DNA of 64,000 bases from an uncultured bacterium (lineage in GTDB: Bacteria > Actinomycetota > Actinomycetes > S36-B12), in contig CAWBZB010000004.1 in NCBI GenBank assembly GCA_963793105.1, positions 156,210 through 220,209 of the forward strand, in the 5' to 3' direction. The notes below the pieces were generated by a model, which saw only the letters and a list, made by a program, of their open reading frames with translations, had not been told where the DNA came from and searched no databases. Position 1 is the stretch's first letter, and every line of letters starts with the position of its first letter. Both the position numbers and the translations under genes were made by a program. Below are positions 1 through 9,743 of this stretch, piece by piece.

Positions 1-1028
1 GGATCGAGCGATCCGGGCTCCCGGACCTCGGCACGCTGGCCGAGCAGTACGGCCATCACCTGGTGTTCTCCCGCATCATGCGCGGCGACTCACCCGGCAA
101 CCCCGGCGTGGTGGACATGGCCACGGACGACGCGCAGCCCGTCCCCGGAGACATCCTCACGGTGATCGGCGACCAGGAGACGCTCAACCGTTTCGTCGAA
201 GAGGTCGGGCACCCGTCATCGGTGGCCCTGACCCTCGACCGCTCACAGGTGGACTACCGGCGGATCGCCGTCTCCAACTCCGCCGTCGCGGGGGAACCCC
301 TCGGCGACCTGCACCTGCGACGCCGGTTCGGGGCCGTGGCGACGCGAGTCCGCCGTGGCGACGTCGACCTGCTCGCCACCGACGACCTGGTCCTGCAGGT
401 GGGCGACCGCGTGCGCGTCGTGGCGCCACGCACCCGCATGCAGGACGTGACCGAGTTCCTCGGGGACTCCGAGCGTGGCGCCTCCGCGTACTCGATCACG
501 AGCCTGGCGCTCGGCCTGGCCCTCGGCGTGCTGCTCGGCGAACTGCAGTTCCCGCTCCCGGGAGGTGGCGCCTTCGCGCTCGGCGTCGCGGGAGGTCCGC
601 TATTGGTGGGGTTGATCGTCGGACGTGCGGGCCGGACCGGACCCGTGCTGTGGACGCTCCCCCACTCCGTCGCGTCGACGTTGTCCCAGCTCGGCATGAT
701 GCTGTTCCTGGCGTACGCGGGCACCAACGCCGGGTCAGCGCTCGCAGAGGCGCTGGGCAGCCCGACCGGTCCGCGACTGCTGGCCGTCGGGGCGGTCGTG
801 ACCACCGTGACCGCGGCCACGGTCATCCTCGGCGGCCGCTTCCTCGCCGGGACCTACGGACCGCGGATGGGCGGAATCCTTGCCGGGCTGCAGACCCAGC
901 CCGCCGTCCTCGCCTACGCCAACGACTCGACGAAGGACGATCCCCGCGTCAATCTCGGCTATGCCCTCGTGTACCCCGCCGCGATGATCGTGAAGGTCGT
1001 AGTCGCCCCGCTGCTCGGCCGCTTCTAG
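1..1028 (+). CDS. aspartate:alanine exchanger (AAE, YidE/YbjL-type) family transporter, C-terminal part; 5' end lies outside the window
   Basis: ORF 63..1028 stays open in the same frame back to nt 3. It has two RCK_C/TrkA-C-like soluble segments (GDILTVIGDQETLNRF; DDLVLQVGDRVRVVAP) followed by a Gly/Ala/Leu-rich polytopic membrane half. Confidence 0.75.
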   Translation, partial: IERSGLPDLGTLAEQYGHHLVFSRIMRGDSPGNPGVVDMATDDAQPVPGDILTVIGDQETLNRFVEEVGHPSSVALTLDRSQVDYRRIAVSNSAVAGEPLGDLHLRRRFGAVATRVRRGDVDLLATDDLVLQVGDRVRVVAPRTRMQDVTEFLGDSERGASAYSITSLALGLALGVLLGELQFPLPGGGAFALGVAGGPLLVGLIVGRAGRTGPVLWTLPHSVASTLSQLGMMLFLAYAGTNAGSALAEALGSPTGPRLLAVGAVVTTVTAATVILGGRFLAGTYGPRMGGILAGLQTQPAVLAYANDSTKDDPRVNLGYALVYPAAMIVKVVVAPLLGRF

Positions 1029-1046
1029 TCGCTCGCCACTGTTCCT

Positions 1047-1146
1047 TTCGTTGAGTGGGCGCTCGAGGCCACGTTTGCACGCCGCCGGAGCGTTCACCAC
1101 CGCCCACTCAACGAACCGGAGCGTTCACCACCGCCCACTCAACAAA
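1047..1146. repeat. 31-bp tandem direct duplication plus an upstream inverted 15-mer, in a convergent intergenic region
   Basis: Copy 1, ccggagcgttcaccaccgcccactcaacgaa, at 1085-1115 is followed at once by copy 2 at 1116-1146 (30/31 identical, g->a). The 15-mer ttcgttgagtgggcg at 1047-1061 is the exact reverse complement of the 3' end of copy 1. Confidence 0.8.
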
Positions 1147-1156
1147 GGGGGGCGCG

Positions 1157-1924
1157 TCAGATCGAGAAGTCGACTGCGTCGACCTCGAGCTCCCACTCAC
1201 CGCTGGCGGTGCGCTGCGGGCCATGAACGTGGTGCTCGTGGCCGAGGACCTGCGACTCCAGCTCCTGCACCCGCAGCATCAGCGTCGACACCGCCAGGCC
1301 CATGGGATCGGGCGCCGTTGGACTGTCCTGCTTGGGCCGGGTGTCCTCGATCGGCGCGGTGCCGTGCGCGATGACCTGCCCCGGAACGCCGACCACGACC
1401 GAGTGCTCGTCGACCGACCGGACCAGAACCGCATTTGCCCCGATGCGCGAGTCGGCGCCGACCGTGACATTGCCGAGCACCTTCGCGCCCGCGCCGAGGG
1501 TGACCCGGTCCCCGATCGTGGGATGACGCTTGTGATGCTCCAGGCTCGTTCCCCCGAGCGTGACACCGTGGTAGATGGTCACGTCGGAGCCGACAATGGC
1601 CGTCTCGCCGATGACGACCCCGGCACCGTGATCGATGAACAGCCGCGGCCCGAGGCTGGCGGCGGGGTGGATCTCGATGTTCGTCCAGAACCGCGCCGCC
1701 TGCGACAGCGTCCGCGCCGGCAGGTAGGCCCCGCGCTGCCAGAGGGCGTGACTCAAGCGGTGCGACCAGACCGCGTGCACCCCGGGGTACAGCAGGGCCA
1801 CCTCGACCGTGGACCGAGCGGCGGGGTCGCGTTCGACCACCGAGGCGATGTCGCTGCGCATGGCCTCGGCTACCGTGCGCCCCCGTCGGCGAAGGCTCTC
1901 GACGAGCCCGCCGGTCCGGCTCAT
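1157..1924 (-). CDS. cysE: serine O-acetyltransferase
   Basis: ORF 1157..1924. Left-handed beta-helix hexapeptide repeats ([31 protein letters not shown]) and a typical CysE N-terminal helical region. Its ATG overlaps the cysK stop (ATGA at 1921-1924). Confidence 0.9.
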   Translation of the reverse strand: MSRTGGLVESLRRRGRTVAEAMRSDIASVVERDPAARSTVEVALLYPGVHAVWSHRLSHALWQRGAYLPARTLSQAARFWTNIEIHPAASLGPRLFIDHGAGVVIGETAIVGSDVTIYHGVTLGGTSLEHHKRHPTIGDRVTLGAGAKVLGNVTVGADSRIGANAVLVRSVDEHSVVVGVPGQVIAHGTAPIEDTRPKQDSPTAPDPMGLAVSTLMLRVQELESQVLGHEHHVHGPQRTASGEWELEVDAVDFSI

Positions 1925-2853
1925 TCGCCCAGGCCGGCGAACAACGCCGTCGACAGATAGCGCTCGCCGAAGGAGGGAATGATCACCACGATCAGCTTTC
2001 CGGCGTTCTCCGGGCGCTGGGCGACCTCGCGTGCCGCCCAGAGTGCCGCCCCGGACGAGATGCCGACGAGAAGCCCCTCTTCGACCGCAGCGCGACGAGC
2101 CATGCTCATCGCGTTGTCGGCCTCCACGCCGATCACCTCGTCGTACACCTCGGTGTCCAGGATCGCCGGGACGAAGCCCGCGCCGATGCCCTGGATGGGG
2201 TGTGGGCCCTTCTGCCCGCCGGACAGGACGGGCGAGGCCGCGGGCTCGACGGCGATCACCTGGATCTCGGGGTTGCGCTCCTTGAGCACCTGCCCCACCC
2301 CGGTGATGGTGCCGCCGGTGCCCACGCCGGAGATGAAGATGTCGACCTTGCCGTCGGTGTCGTTCCAGACCTCCTCGGCCGTGGTCCGCCGATGGATGTC
2401 GGGGTTGGCGGCGTTCATGAACTGCTGCGGCATGAAGTAGCGGGGGTCGCTGGCCGCCAGCTCGGTCGCCTTCGCGATCGCGCCGCCCATGCCCTCCGGG
2501 CCGGGCGTGAGGATGAGCTCGGCCCCATAGCCTCGCAGCAGCATCCGGCGCTCGACGCTCATGGTCTCCGGCATCGTCAGGACGATCTTGATGCCGCGTG
2601 CGGCGCAGACCATGGCGAGGGCGATGCCCGTGTTGCCGCTGGTCGGCTCCACGACGATCGTGTCCGGCCCGATCAGTCCCGCCTCCTGCGCGGCGTCGAT
2701 CATCGCGACGCCGATGCGGTCCTTGACGGAGTGCGCCGGGTTGAAGAACTCCAGCTTCGCGGCCACCTCGGCCCCGGCGCCGTCGGTCACATTCCGGATC
2801 CGCACGAGGGGGGTGTTGCCGACCAGTTCGGTGATGTCGTTCGCGATACGCAT
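1921..2853 (-). CDS. cysK: cysteine synthase A (O-acetylserine sulfhydrylase)
   Basis: The C-terminal 310 codons of ORF 1921..3447 begin [22 protein letters not shown]-lysine motif SVKDRIG and TSGNTG loop are present. ATG at 2853 is preceded by ggaagga; the upstream 198 codons of the ORF look like out-of-frame junk. Confidence 0.92.
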   Translation of the reverse strand: MRIANDITELVGNTPLVRIRNVTDGAGAEVAAKLEFFNPAHSVKDRIGVAMIDAAQEAGLIGPDTIVVEPTSGNTGIALAMVCAARGIKIVLTMPETMSVERRMLLRGYGAELILTPGPEGMGGAIAKATELAASDPRYFMPQQFMNAANPDIHRRTTAEEVWNDTDGKVDIFISGVGTGGTITGVGQVLKERNPEIQVIAVEPAASPVLSGGQKGPHPIQGIGAGFVPAILDTEVYDEVIGVEADNAMSMARRAAVEEGLLVGISSGAALWAAREVAQRPENAGKLIVVIIPSFGERYLSTALFAGLGE

Positions 2854-2907
2854 GTGGTTGATCCTTCCACCACCCGCGTCGAGCCGCCAGAGCGGGTGCC
2901 GCGGTCC

Positions 2908-3420
2908 GTGGGGCAGACTGGCGCCGTGGATCCCCTCACCAGCCCTGAGCAGCGGGCGCTCGCCGCCGCCGACGCGACGGGCGTGGAGTACCGGGTCGTC
3001 CGGCACGGACGGGTCCGCAGCCTGGCGGAGGCCGCCGCCGCCCGGGGCGTGGAACCGCGGGACGTCATCAAGACCATCGTGGTCCGCCGTGCCGACGACG
3101 ACCACCTGCTGGTCCTCGTCCCGGGCGATCGGACGATCTCCTGGCCCAAGCTGCGGGCACTGCTCGGCGTGAGTCGGCTCTCCATGCCCGATGCCTCGAC
3201 CGCCCGTGATGTCACGGGGTACGAACGCGGCACCATCACCCCGTTCGGGACCCTCACGGCCCTCCCGGTCATCGCCGACGAGCGCGTGACCGGTCGCGAG
3301 ATCTCCCTCGGCGCCGGAGCACACGGGGTCACCGTCATCGCCGACGCGGATGCCATCGTGGTCGCGCTCGGGGCGACCGTCGCGGACGTCACCGACCCCG
3401 AGGGCTCGCCCGCTCCCTAG
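2908..3420 (+). CDS. YbaK/EbsC-type aminoacyl-tRNA deacylase (Cys-tRNA(Pro) deacylase-like)
   Basis: The last ~170 codons of ORF 2200..3420 ([35 protein letters not shown] ... [11 protein letters not shown]) are typical of the YbaK fold. Candidate GTG starts at 2908 or 2926. Divergent from cysK. Confidence 0.75.
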   Translation: MGQTGAVDPLTSPEQRALAAADATGVEYRVVRHGRVRSLAEAAAARGVEPRDVIKTIVVRRADDDHLLVLVPGDRTISWPKLRALLGVSRLSMPDASTARDVTGYERGTITPFGTLTALPVIADERVTGREISLGAGAHGVTVIADADAIVVALGATVADVTDPEGSPAP

Positions 3421-3465
3421 CCGCGGGCACGCGGCGTGGCCGCGCACGACCGCGCCTCGGCCGGA

Positions 3466-4110
3466 TCAGGGGCCCGACAGGCCCTCGCGGACCCACCGGC
3501 GCACGAGGTCACGGACCTCGCCCGCCGCCGGCTGGCTGGGGTCGTCGCCGCACGCCCAGCGGTACGCGGCTCGCGTGGGCCCCTCGATATCGCCGTGTCC
3601 CGCGCCGGGAACCAGGACCGACTCGACGTCACCCGTCTGCTCCGCAAGCCAGGCGGACAGGGCGCCGTTCCGGTTGCATCGGCTCGGAGGCGCGCACACG
3701 GCACGGACGGACGTGCCGGCGAGTGACGGCCAGGCCCGACGGATGAGTCGCGTGGGGCTCTCCACGCCATCGATGAGGATCACGGTCCGCACGTCGACGC
3801 CCTTCCGGGCCAGCAGCCCGGCGATCCACGCCCCGGCCGCCGCTCCGGCAGAGTGCCCGGCGACGACCAGCGGTCCGGGAGCCAGCTCCGCATACAGGGC
3901 GTCGGTCACGGTCGCGAGGTAGGCGGCGTTGTTCGTGCTGGTGGGCCACCACAGGGATCCCAGATGAGGGCGCAGGACCCTGGCGCCCCTCGCGACGCAC
4001 TCCGCCGCGAGGGAGTCCAACGCCTCGGGCGACCGGGTGAAGGCGTGCACCAGCACGACCGAGCCGATCGGCTCCGCCGAGGGATCGTCGCGGAGGACCC
4101 TCACGGGCAC
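3466..4110 (-). CDS. alpha/beta hydrolase
   Basis: ORF 3466..4110. Nucleophile elbow GHSAG and a late GHGD His motif. Sits 4 nt downstream of the diguanylate cyclase gene on the same strand. Confidence 0.7.
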   Translation of the reverse strand: MPVRVLRDDPSAEPIGSVVLVHAFTRSPEALDSLAAECVARGARVLRPHLGSLWWPTSTNNAAYLATVTDALYAELAPGPLVVAGHSAGAAAGAWIAGLLARKGVDVRTVILIDGVESPTRLIRRAWPSLAGTSVRAVCAPPSRCNRNGALSAWLAEQTGDVESVLVPGAGHGDIEGPTRAAYRWACGDDPSQPAAGEVRDLVRRWVREGLSGP

Positions 4111-4114
4111 ACGG

Positions 4115-6220
4115 TCACGCCTCGGGACCCTTCACCGCGAAGACGGCGTTCTTGCCTCGGCGCTTGGCCTCGTACATGGCGGCGTCGGCACGCGCCACGA
4201 TGCTGTCGACGTCCTCCCCGTCCTCGGCCAGGGTGACACCGATGCTGGCCGAGACGCTGACGCGGCCACCGGGCACATCCACGGGCTCGGCGATCTGGAC
4301 CCCCAGCTTGTCCGCGATGCGGATCGCGTCGTCGAGGTCCCGCACACCGTTCAGCACCACCAGCAGCTCGTCGCCGCCGAGTCGCCCCACGATGTCGCCC
4401 GCCCGCACGGCCCCCTGGAGTCGCTCGGCGATGGTGCGCAGGAGCACGTCACCGGCGTTGTGGCCATGCGAGTCGTTCACCGCCTTGAACCCGTCAAGGT
4501 CGCAGAACACCATGGCGAGCCGGTTGCCCGTGCGCACGAAGCCACTCAGCATCCGGTTGACCTGATCGAACATCTCGACCCGGTTCACCAGGCCGGTGAG
4601 CGCGTCGTGCCGGGCACGGATCTCCAGCGCGGCAAGCGCCGCGACCTCCGCGTCCACGATGCGGGTGGAGAGCATCAGCTCGGCGGAAGCGCCGGCCGAT
4701 TCGGAGATCAGGCGCCCCTCGCTGTCCACCCAGTGGTACTCGCCGTCCTTGCGTCGCAGCCGGTACCGTCGCCGCCCCAGGACCGGCCCCTCAGCAGGGA
4801 GCCAGGCGCCGGTCAGGGCCTCCACATCCTCGGGGTGGACCAGTTCGAACGGATCGGCTCCGACCAGCTCCTCAGGCGTCCAGCCGAAAGCACGCGTGAC
4901 GGACGGGGACACCCAGGCCAGGCGGCCATGGCGGACCAGGGACACGACGTCGCTCGTGGTCTCGGCCAGCAGCCGGAAACGCTCCTCCGATCGCGCCACG
5001 AGCGTGCGCGCGTCGTGGCGGTCCGTGACGTCACGCCACGAGTACGACGCGCGCTCGTCATCGATTCTGACGATCCGGATGTCGACGATGACGCGTCGTC
5101 CCTGGGAGTCGACGTAGTCGACGGTCGGCTCGTCGTTCCACACGCCCGGGGCGTCGGACTCCATGACCCTGACGGTGTCGGCGAGGTCGACCTCGCCCTC
5201 CTCATAGCTGGGGGCGATCTGCAGCATCGTCGAACCGATCAGCTCGGCCCGCGTGCGGCCCTCGAAGTCTGCAGCCGCCTGGTTGGCGTCCTCGTACAGG
5301 AAGTCGACGATCACCCCGTCATCGTCGCGGACCGCCCGGAACAGCACATGGGGGTCGACCTGGGCATCGATCACGGCGCGCAGCAGGTCGTGGGAACTCG
5401 CCAGCTCCTCCCGAGCCACGATGAGGTCATGCACGTCCCGCATCGATCCCGCAACCCCGAGGAGCGCGCCGCCGGTGTCACGCAGGACCTCGTTCGACAC
5501 CTTCATCCAGCGGTAGGAGCCGTCGCGCGCCCGGATGCGCGCGAGGTGACCACGCGTCAGGTCTGGCTCCGGGAGCGGTGCGCCCGCGTAGGCCGCCTCG
5601 CGATTGGGGATCAAGCCCATCCGCTCATCCGGATGCGCCAGCGCGATCGCCTCGGTGCCGATCAGCTCCTCGGGCGTCCATCCCAAGGACCGGGTCACCG
5701 TCGGCGCGATCCAGGTGATGCGGCGGTCCGTGCCGGCGAAGTAGACCACGTCCGACGACGTCTCCGCGAGCAGCCGGAAACGCCGCTCTGACTGCGCGAG
5801 TCGCTCCTGGGCCAGGTGGCGGTCCGTGACATCGCGCCAGGAGTAGGACACCCGCTCGCCATCGACCGGCACGATCCTGATGTCCAGCCAGGTCGGCGCC
5901 TCGCCCTGCTCCTCCCGCACTCGGGACCAGACGTCGTTCCAGATCGTGGCCGAACCGGATTCGAGGACGTGCGCGGTCTCCCGGGTATCGTCGCCGCCGA
6001 TCTCCTCTCCGGTGATCTCGCGCAACGTGGCGCCAACGACCTCGGATCTGGTCCGGCGATGGAAGTCGACAGCCGCGCGGTTGACATCCTCGAAGACGAA
6101 TTCGACGATGACGCCAGCGTCGTCGCGCACCGCCGCCAGGGTCGCGTGCGGGTCGATGAGCGCGTCGTAGACGGCGCGCGACACCCCACCCGCGCCACGC
6201 GCAGAGGACCCGTCGGCCAT
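4115..6220 (-). CDS. multi-PAS sensor diguanylate cyclase (GGDEF domain with GGDEL variant motif)
   Basis: ORF 4115..6220 (701 aa). Repeated PAS modules, then a C-terminal GGDEF domain: DLDGFKAVNDSHGHNAGD ... RAGDIVGRLGGDELLVV. An RxxD I-site lies 5 residues before the motif. Confidence 0.85.
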   Translation of the reverse strand: MADGSSARGAGGVSRAVYDALIDPHATLAAVRDDAGVIVEFVFEDVNRAAVDFHRRTRSEVVGATLREITGEEIGGDDTRETAHVLESGSATIWNDVWSRVREEQGEAPTWLDIRIVPVDGERVSYSWRDVTDRHLAQERLAQSERRFRLLAETSSDVVYFAGTDRRITWIAPTVTRSLGWTPEELIGTEAIALAHPDERMGLIPNREAAYAGAPLPEPDLTRGHLARIRARDGSYRWMKVSNEVLRDTGGALLGVAGSMRDVHDLIVAREELASSHDLLRAVIDAQVDPHVLFRAVRDDDGVIVDFLYEDANQAAADFEGRTRAELIGSTMLQIAPSYEEGEVDLADTVRVMESDAPGVWNDEPTVDYVDSQGRRVIVDIRIVRIDDERASYSWRDVTDRHDARTLVARSEERFRLLAETTSDVVSLVRHGRLAWVSPSVTRAFGWTPEELVGADPFELVHPEDVEALTGAWLPAEGPVLGRRRYRLRRKDGEYHWVDSEGRLISESAGASAELMLSTRIVDAEVAALAALEIRARHDALTGLVNRVEMFDQVNRMLSGFVRTGNRLAMVFCDLDGFKAVNDSHGHNAGDVLLRTIAERLQGAVRAGDIVGRLGGDELLVVLNGVRDLDDAIRIADKLGVQIAEPVDVPGGRVSVSASIGVTLAEDGEDVDSIVARADAAMYEAKRRGKNAVFAVKGPEA

Positions 6221-6241
6221 CGCGGTCCCCCTCTCGGCTAG

Positions 6242-6263
6242 CCCCGCGATTCACCTCGCGGGG
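6242..6263 (-). terminator. putative hairpin terminator downstream of the CDF transporter gene
   Basis: ccccgcga-ttcacc-tcgcgggg: 8-bp GC-rich stem, 27 nt past the stop at 6290. No clear U-tract. Confidence 0.35.
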
Positions 6264-6289
6264 CCTCAGGCTATCCCCGAGCGGCGGTG

Positions 6290-7261
6290 TCAGGATCGGT
6301 CCGACCCGCCGGTTGCGACATCGAACCCGCCCATCTCGTCCTCGTAGGAACGCGGGTCATCGCTGGGCTCCAGGTGCGTGTGGACGTGGCTGCCGGGCAA
6401 CGCCGTCACGACGTCCGCCTCGATCTGCTCGAGCAGGTCGTGCCCGCGGGCGACGGTCCAGGTGCCCGGGACGAGAACGTGCATCGAGACGAACCGCTCG
6501 CGGCCTGACTCGCGCGTCTGCACGGCGTGGAAGGACACCTCGCCGGCGGGGTAGTCCTCGGCGACGCGGCGCAGGGTCTCCACCAGCACGTCGACGTCCT
6601 CCTGCGGCAGCGCATGGTCCATGAGTCCGCGCGCGGAATGCCGGACCAGGACGCTGCCCGTCCACAGGATGTTGACGGCGACCGCGATCGCGACGATGGA
6701 GTCCAGGGCGAGCCACCCGGTCAGCGCGACGACCCCGACGCCCACCACGACGCCGATCGACGTCCAGACATCGGTGAGCAGATGCTTGCCGTCGGCCACC
6801 AGCGTGATGGATCGGTGCCGTCTGCCCGCGCGCACGACGAGGAAGCCCACGATCCCGTTGATCACCGTGGCCACGACGGTGATGAGCAGGCCGACGCCCA
6901 GATCCTCGAGCGGCCGTGGATTGAGCAGGCGATCGACGGCCGACACCACGATCAGGCCTGCGGCGAGCAGGATCATGAGACCCTCCGCGCCGGCTGAGAA
7001 GTACTCGACCTTTCCGTGACCGAAGTGATGCGTATCGTCCGCGGGGCGCGCGGCGATGCGGATGGCCACGAGGGCCAGCACCGCTGCCACGAGGTTGACC
7101 ACGGACTCGAGGGCATCGGACAGCAGGCCGACAGACCCGGTGAGCAGGTAGGCGGCCGACTTCAGCCCGATCGTGGCGAGCGCCGCTGCGATGGACAGCC
7201 ACGCCCACTTCGCGAGGCTCGGCGCCGGCGGCGCCGCCGGATGACCGGCATGGGCATGCAC
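6290..7261 (-). CDS. cation diffusion facilitator (CDF) family divalent-metal efflux transporter
   Basis: ORF 6290..7261. Six TM segments, [10 protein letters not shown] and [11 protein letters not shown] motifs, and a C-terminal cytoplasmic metal-binding domain. Confidence 0.88.
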   Translation of the reverse strand: MHAHAGHPAAPPAPSLAKWAWLSIAAALATIGLKSAAYLLTGSVGLLSDALESVVNLVAAVLALVAIRIAARPADDTHHFGHGKVEYFSAGAEGLMILLAAGLIVVSAVDRLLNPRPLEDLGVGLLITVVATVINGIVGFLVVRAGRRHRSITLVADGKHLLTDVWTSIGVVVGVGVVALTGWLALDSIVAIAVAVNILWTGSVLVRHSARGLMDHALPQEDVDVLVETLRRVAEDYPAGEVSFHAVQTRESGRERFVSMHVLVPGTWTVARGHDLLEQIEADVVTALPGSHVHTHLEPSDDPRSYEDEMGGFDVATGGSDRS

Positions 7262-7321
7262 CGTTCGATGCTAGTCCGCGGTCCAGCCCCGTTCATGTCG
7301 TCCATGCGAGAGGGTGTCGTC

Positions 7322-8821
7322 ATGACGGATCACGACCCGCACCCCTCGAGCGCGGAGCTCGCCCACGTGACCGTGACGGAGCTCACCGCCGCCTTCGACG
7401 ACAGGCGCGTCACCGCCGCCGAGGCCACGTCCACGTACCTCGACCGGATCGACGGCCTCGACAGCGCGGAGAGCACGACGGCCCTGCGTTCCGTCCTCGC
7501 GGTCGCCGGGGCCGCTCGCGCGATCGCCGAGGAACGTGACGCTGAACGGCGGGAGGGACGACCGCGGGGTGTCCTCCACGGCATCCCGGTGGTGGTCAAG
7601 GACAACATCGAGGCCGTCGGACTGCCCGCTACGGCCGGCTCCCTGGCCCTGACCGGTCGCACGGTCGTGGCCGATGCGCCTGTGGTGGCGCGTCTGCGCG
7701 AGGCGGGGGCGGTCATCCTGGGCTCGACCAACCTCTCGGAGTGGGCGAACTTCCGGTCACCGCACTCCACGAGCGGATGGTCCGCTGTCGGCGGCCTGAC
7801 GGGCAACCCGTGGGCCCTGGATCGCAGCGCCGGTGGATCCTCCTCCGGCTCCGGCGCGGCCGTGGCCGCGGGACTGGCGACCGTCGCCATCGGCACCGAG
7901 ACCAACGGTTCCATCACCTGCCCGGCGGCCCTCAACGGGGTGGTCGGACTCAAGCCGACCGTCGGATCGGTGCCGACGGTCGGCGTCGTCCCCATCAGCG
8001 CCAGCCAGGACGTGCCCGGGCCGCTCGCCCGCACGGTGCGCGATGCGGCGCTCGTGTACGAGGTCATCTCCGCGCGCACGGACTGCGTGACGGCCTGCAC
8101 TCCGGCCGCGGCCACGCCGCTGACGGTCGGCGTCGTCGAGCAGTGGCTCTCCGGCGATGCCCGTACCGACGCGCTGTTCGCCGACACCGTGGCCCTGCTC
8201 GGCGGCCTCGTGGCCGGAGTGCGGGCGGTCGACGTGCCCCCCAACGACTGGCAGGTGAACAACGATCAGGTCGCCGTCCTCGTCGGAGAGCTCCTCGACG
8301 ACATGGACGCCTACCTGTCGGCCCGCGCCGGAATCGGTCCGCGCACGCTCGCGGAGGTCGTCGCCTACAACGTGGCCCACGCCTCCGACGAGCTGGCGGC
8401 GTTCGGCCAGGAGTACTTCGTGGACGCGGTCGCGGGAGGCGGGCGGGCATCGGAGGCCTATCGCCACGCCCGTGCGCGCAACGTGGAGTGGGCACGCGAC
8501 GCGTGCCTCGGGCCGGCGTTCGGCACCGGAGTCGACGTCCTCGTGGCTCCGGCCTACCGCCCGGCCTGGAAGTCCGACCTCACCCACGGCGATCAGGTGT
8601 CCGGCGGGGGCGCCGTGTGCACTCCCCCGGCGATCCTGGGCTGGCCGATACTCACGCTGCCGATGGGCACCGTGGACGGCCTCCCCGTCGGGTTCTCCAT
8701 CGTCGGGCGCGCTCACACGGAACCGATGCTCGTGGCGGTGGGGCATGCGCTCGAGCAGGCTCTCGGCCTCGCCGGGTCGGGGGCCCTGCGGCCCGCGTGG
8801 CGCCCACCCATGCGGGGCTGA
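7322..8821 (+). CDS. amidase (amidase-signature family)
   Basis: In-frame part of ORF 7016..8821. Amidase signature GGSSSGSGAAVAAGLATVAIGTETNGSITCPA. ATG 7322 is preceded by gagaggg; alternative ATGs at 7295 and 7304. Confidence 0.88.
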   Translation: MTDHDPHPSSAELAHVTVTELTAAFDDRRVTAAEATSTYLDRIDGLDSAESTTALRSVLAVAGAARAIAEERDAERREGRPRGVLHGIPVVVKDNIEAVGLPATAGSLALTGRTVVADAPVVARLREAGAVILGSTNLSEWANFRSPHSTSGWSAVGGLTGNPWALDRSAGGSSSGSGAAVAAGLATVAIGTETNGSITCPAALNGVVGLKPTVGSVPTVGVVPISASQDVPGPLARTVRDAALVYEVISARTDCVTACTPAAATPLTVGVVEQWLSGDARTDALFADTVALLGGLVAGVRAVDVPPNDWQVNNDQVAVLVGELLDDMDAYLSARAGIGPRTLAEVVAYNVAHASDELAAFGQEYFVDAVAGGGRASEAYRHARARNVEWARDACLGPAFGTGVDVLVAPAYRPAWKSDLTHGDQVSGGGAVCTPPAILGWPILTLPMGTVDGLPVGFSIVGRAHTEPMLVAVGHALEQALGLAGSGALRPAWRPPMRG

Positions 8822-8829
8822 GACGCGAA

Positions 8830-8860
8830 CCGGCCGCGTCCCCCTGGGGAACGCGGCCGG
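8830..8860. terminator. bidirectional hairpin between convergent genes
   Basis: ccggccgcgt (8830-8839) pairs with acgcggccgg (8851-8860). The loop contains an extra cccc/gggg extension. Lies between the amidase stop (8821) and the DUF4397 stop (8873). Confidence 0.55.
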
Positions 8861-8872
8861 CTGCGTGGCTGA

Positions 8873-9597
8873 CTAGCCCTTCTTGGGCAGGTTCAGCTTC
8901 ACGTACTGCACCGCCACCTGGTAGCCGCCGGGGGCGCCCCAGGCGTACGCGATGACGTTCCAGCCCTGACGGACCTTGAGCGGGATCGGACCCAGCGCCA
9001 CGCCGGCGAGCCCGGCACCGGCAAGACCCGCGGCCACCTGGTAGGTGCCCTTCTTCAGCGTCGTCTGCACCTGCTGGCCGTTCGCCAGTCCGGGGGCGGC
9101 GACATTGCCGTTCACGAAGATGTCGACGGGCGGGGCTGCGGCCAGGTGGCGCACCGTGACGCGACCCTCCGCGTTCTTGCTCTTCTTGGGCTTGGGCAGG
9201 GAGGCAATGTTGTTCTGGAACCCCTGGATGGAGGGCGTCCCTGCGCACTCAGGTAGGCGGCCACGGTGTAGTTCTTGCCGTTCTCCACCGCCTGGGTCAG
9301 CTGGAGAACCGGGGTGCCCGTGGAGTCCGGCGCGTCCGCGGGGAAGATCTCGAGGTCGTACGTAGCACCGGGCACCCGGACCTTCTTGAGGGAACCAGGC
9401 GCGAAGTTGTCGATCAGCAGGGTGTCATTGGCGTACACATCCACCACGAGACCGGGAATCCCGTGCAGAACGCCGACCACGGCCGTCTTGGGCTTGGGGT
9501 TCTTGGCCGCAGCGGCCGGGCTGGTCGCGACCAGTCCCAGCGGCAGTGCGATGGCCGCGGAGACCGCCGCCACCCGGAGGAAACGCTTTCCGAACAT
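8873..9597 (-). pseudogene. secreted DUF4397-repeat protein, interrupted by one frameshift near 9240
   Basis: N-terminal part in ORF 9112..9633: signal peptide MFGKRFLRVAAVSAAIALPLGLVATSPAAAA, ATG 9597 after aaaggga. C-terminal part in ORF 8873..9154, whose frame reads GTPSIQGFQNNIASLPKPKK... upstream of the listed start. The two frames join at about 9234-9246. Confidence 0.7.
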
Positions 9598-9743
9598 GTG
9601 ATCCCTTTCGTCGACCGCCCGCGGGCGGCTCACCGGTCGCCGGAGGGTCCGTGCTCGATTTTCCGGCTACCGGCAAGGGTGAAGCACCGCGCAGCCGTTG
9701 GCAAGTCGAATCGAAGCGACGTCGTATGGTCGAAGCGAGGAAC

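Noticed and set aside
1921-3447. The 508-codon extended version of the cysK ORF, and the 406-codon ORF 2200..3420 on the opposite strand.
   Set aside because: - Only the last 310 and ~170 codons respectively resemble CysK and YbaK.
- The extensions overlap each other antisense.
- The extensions have junk-like composition.
- Good internal starts with RBS exist.
4037-5791. Long antisense shadow ORFs typical of high-GC DNA: 4037..5791, 9546..11321, 23694..25451, 30509..31996, 37514..38926, 38887..41058, 47712..49355, 51005..52795, 53781..55205, 55126..56823, 56938..58422, 57843..59159 and 61459..63354.
   Set aside because: Each lies opposite a confidently identified gene, has Arg/Gly/Pro/His-rich composition with no recognisable domains, and lacks plausible translation signals.
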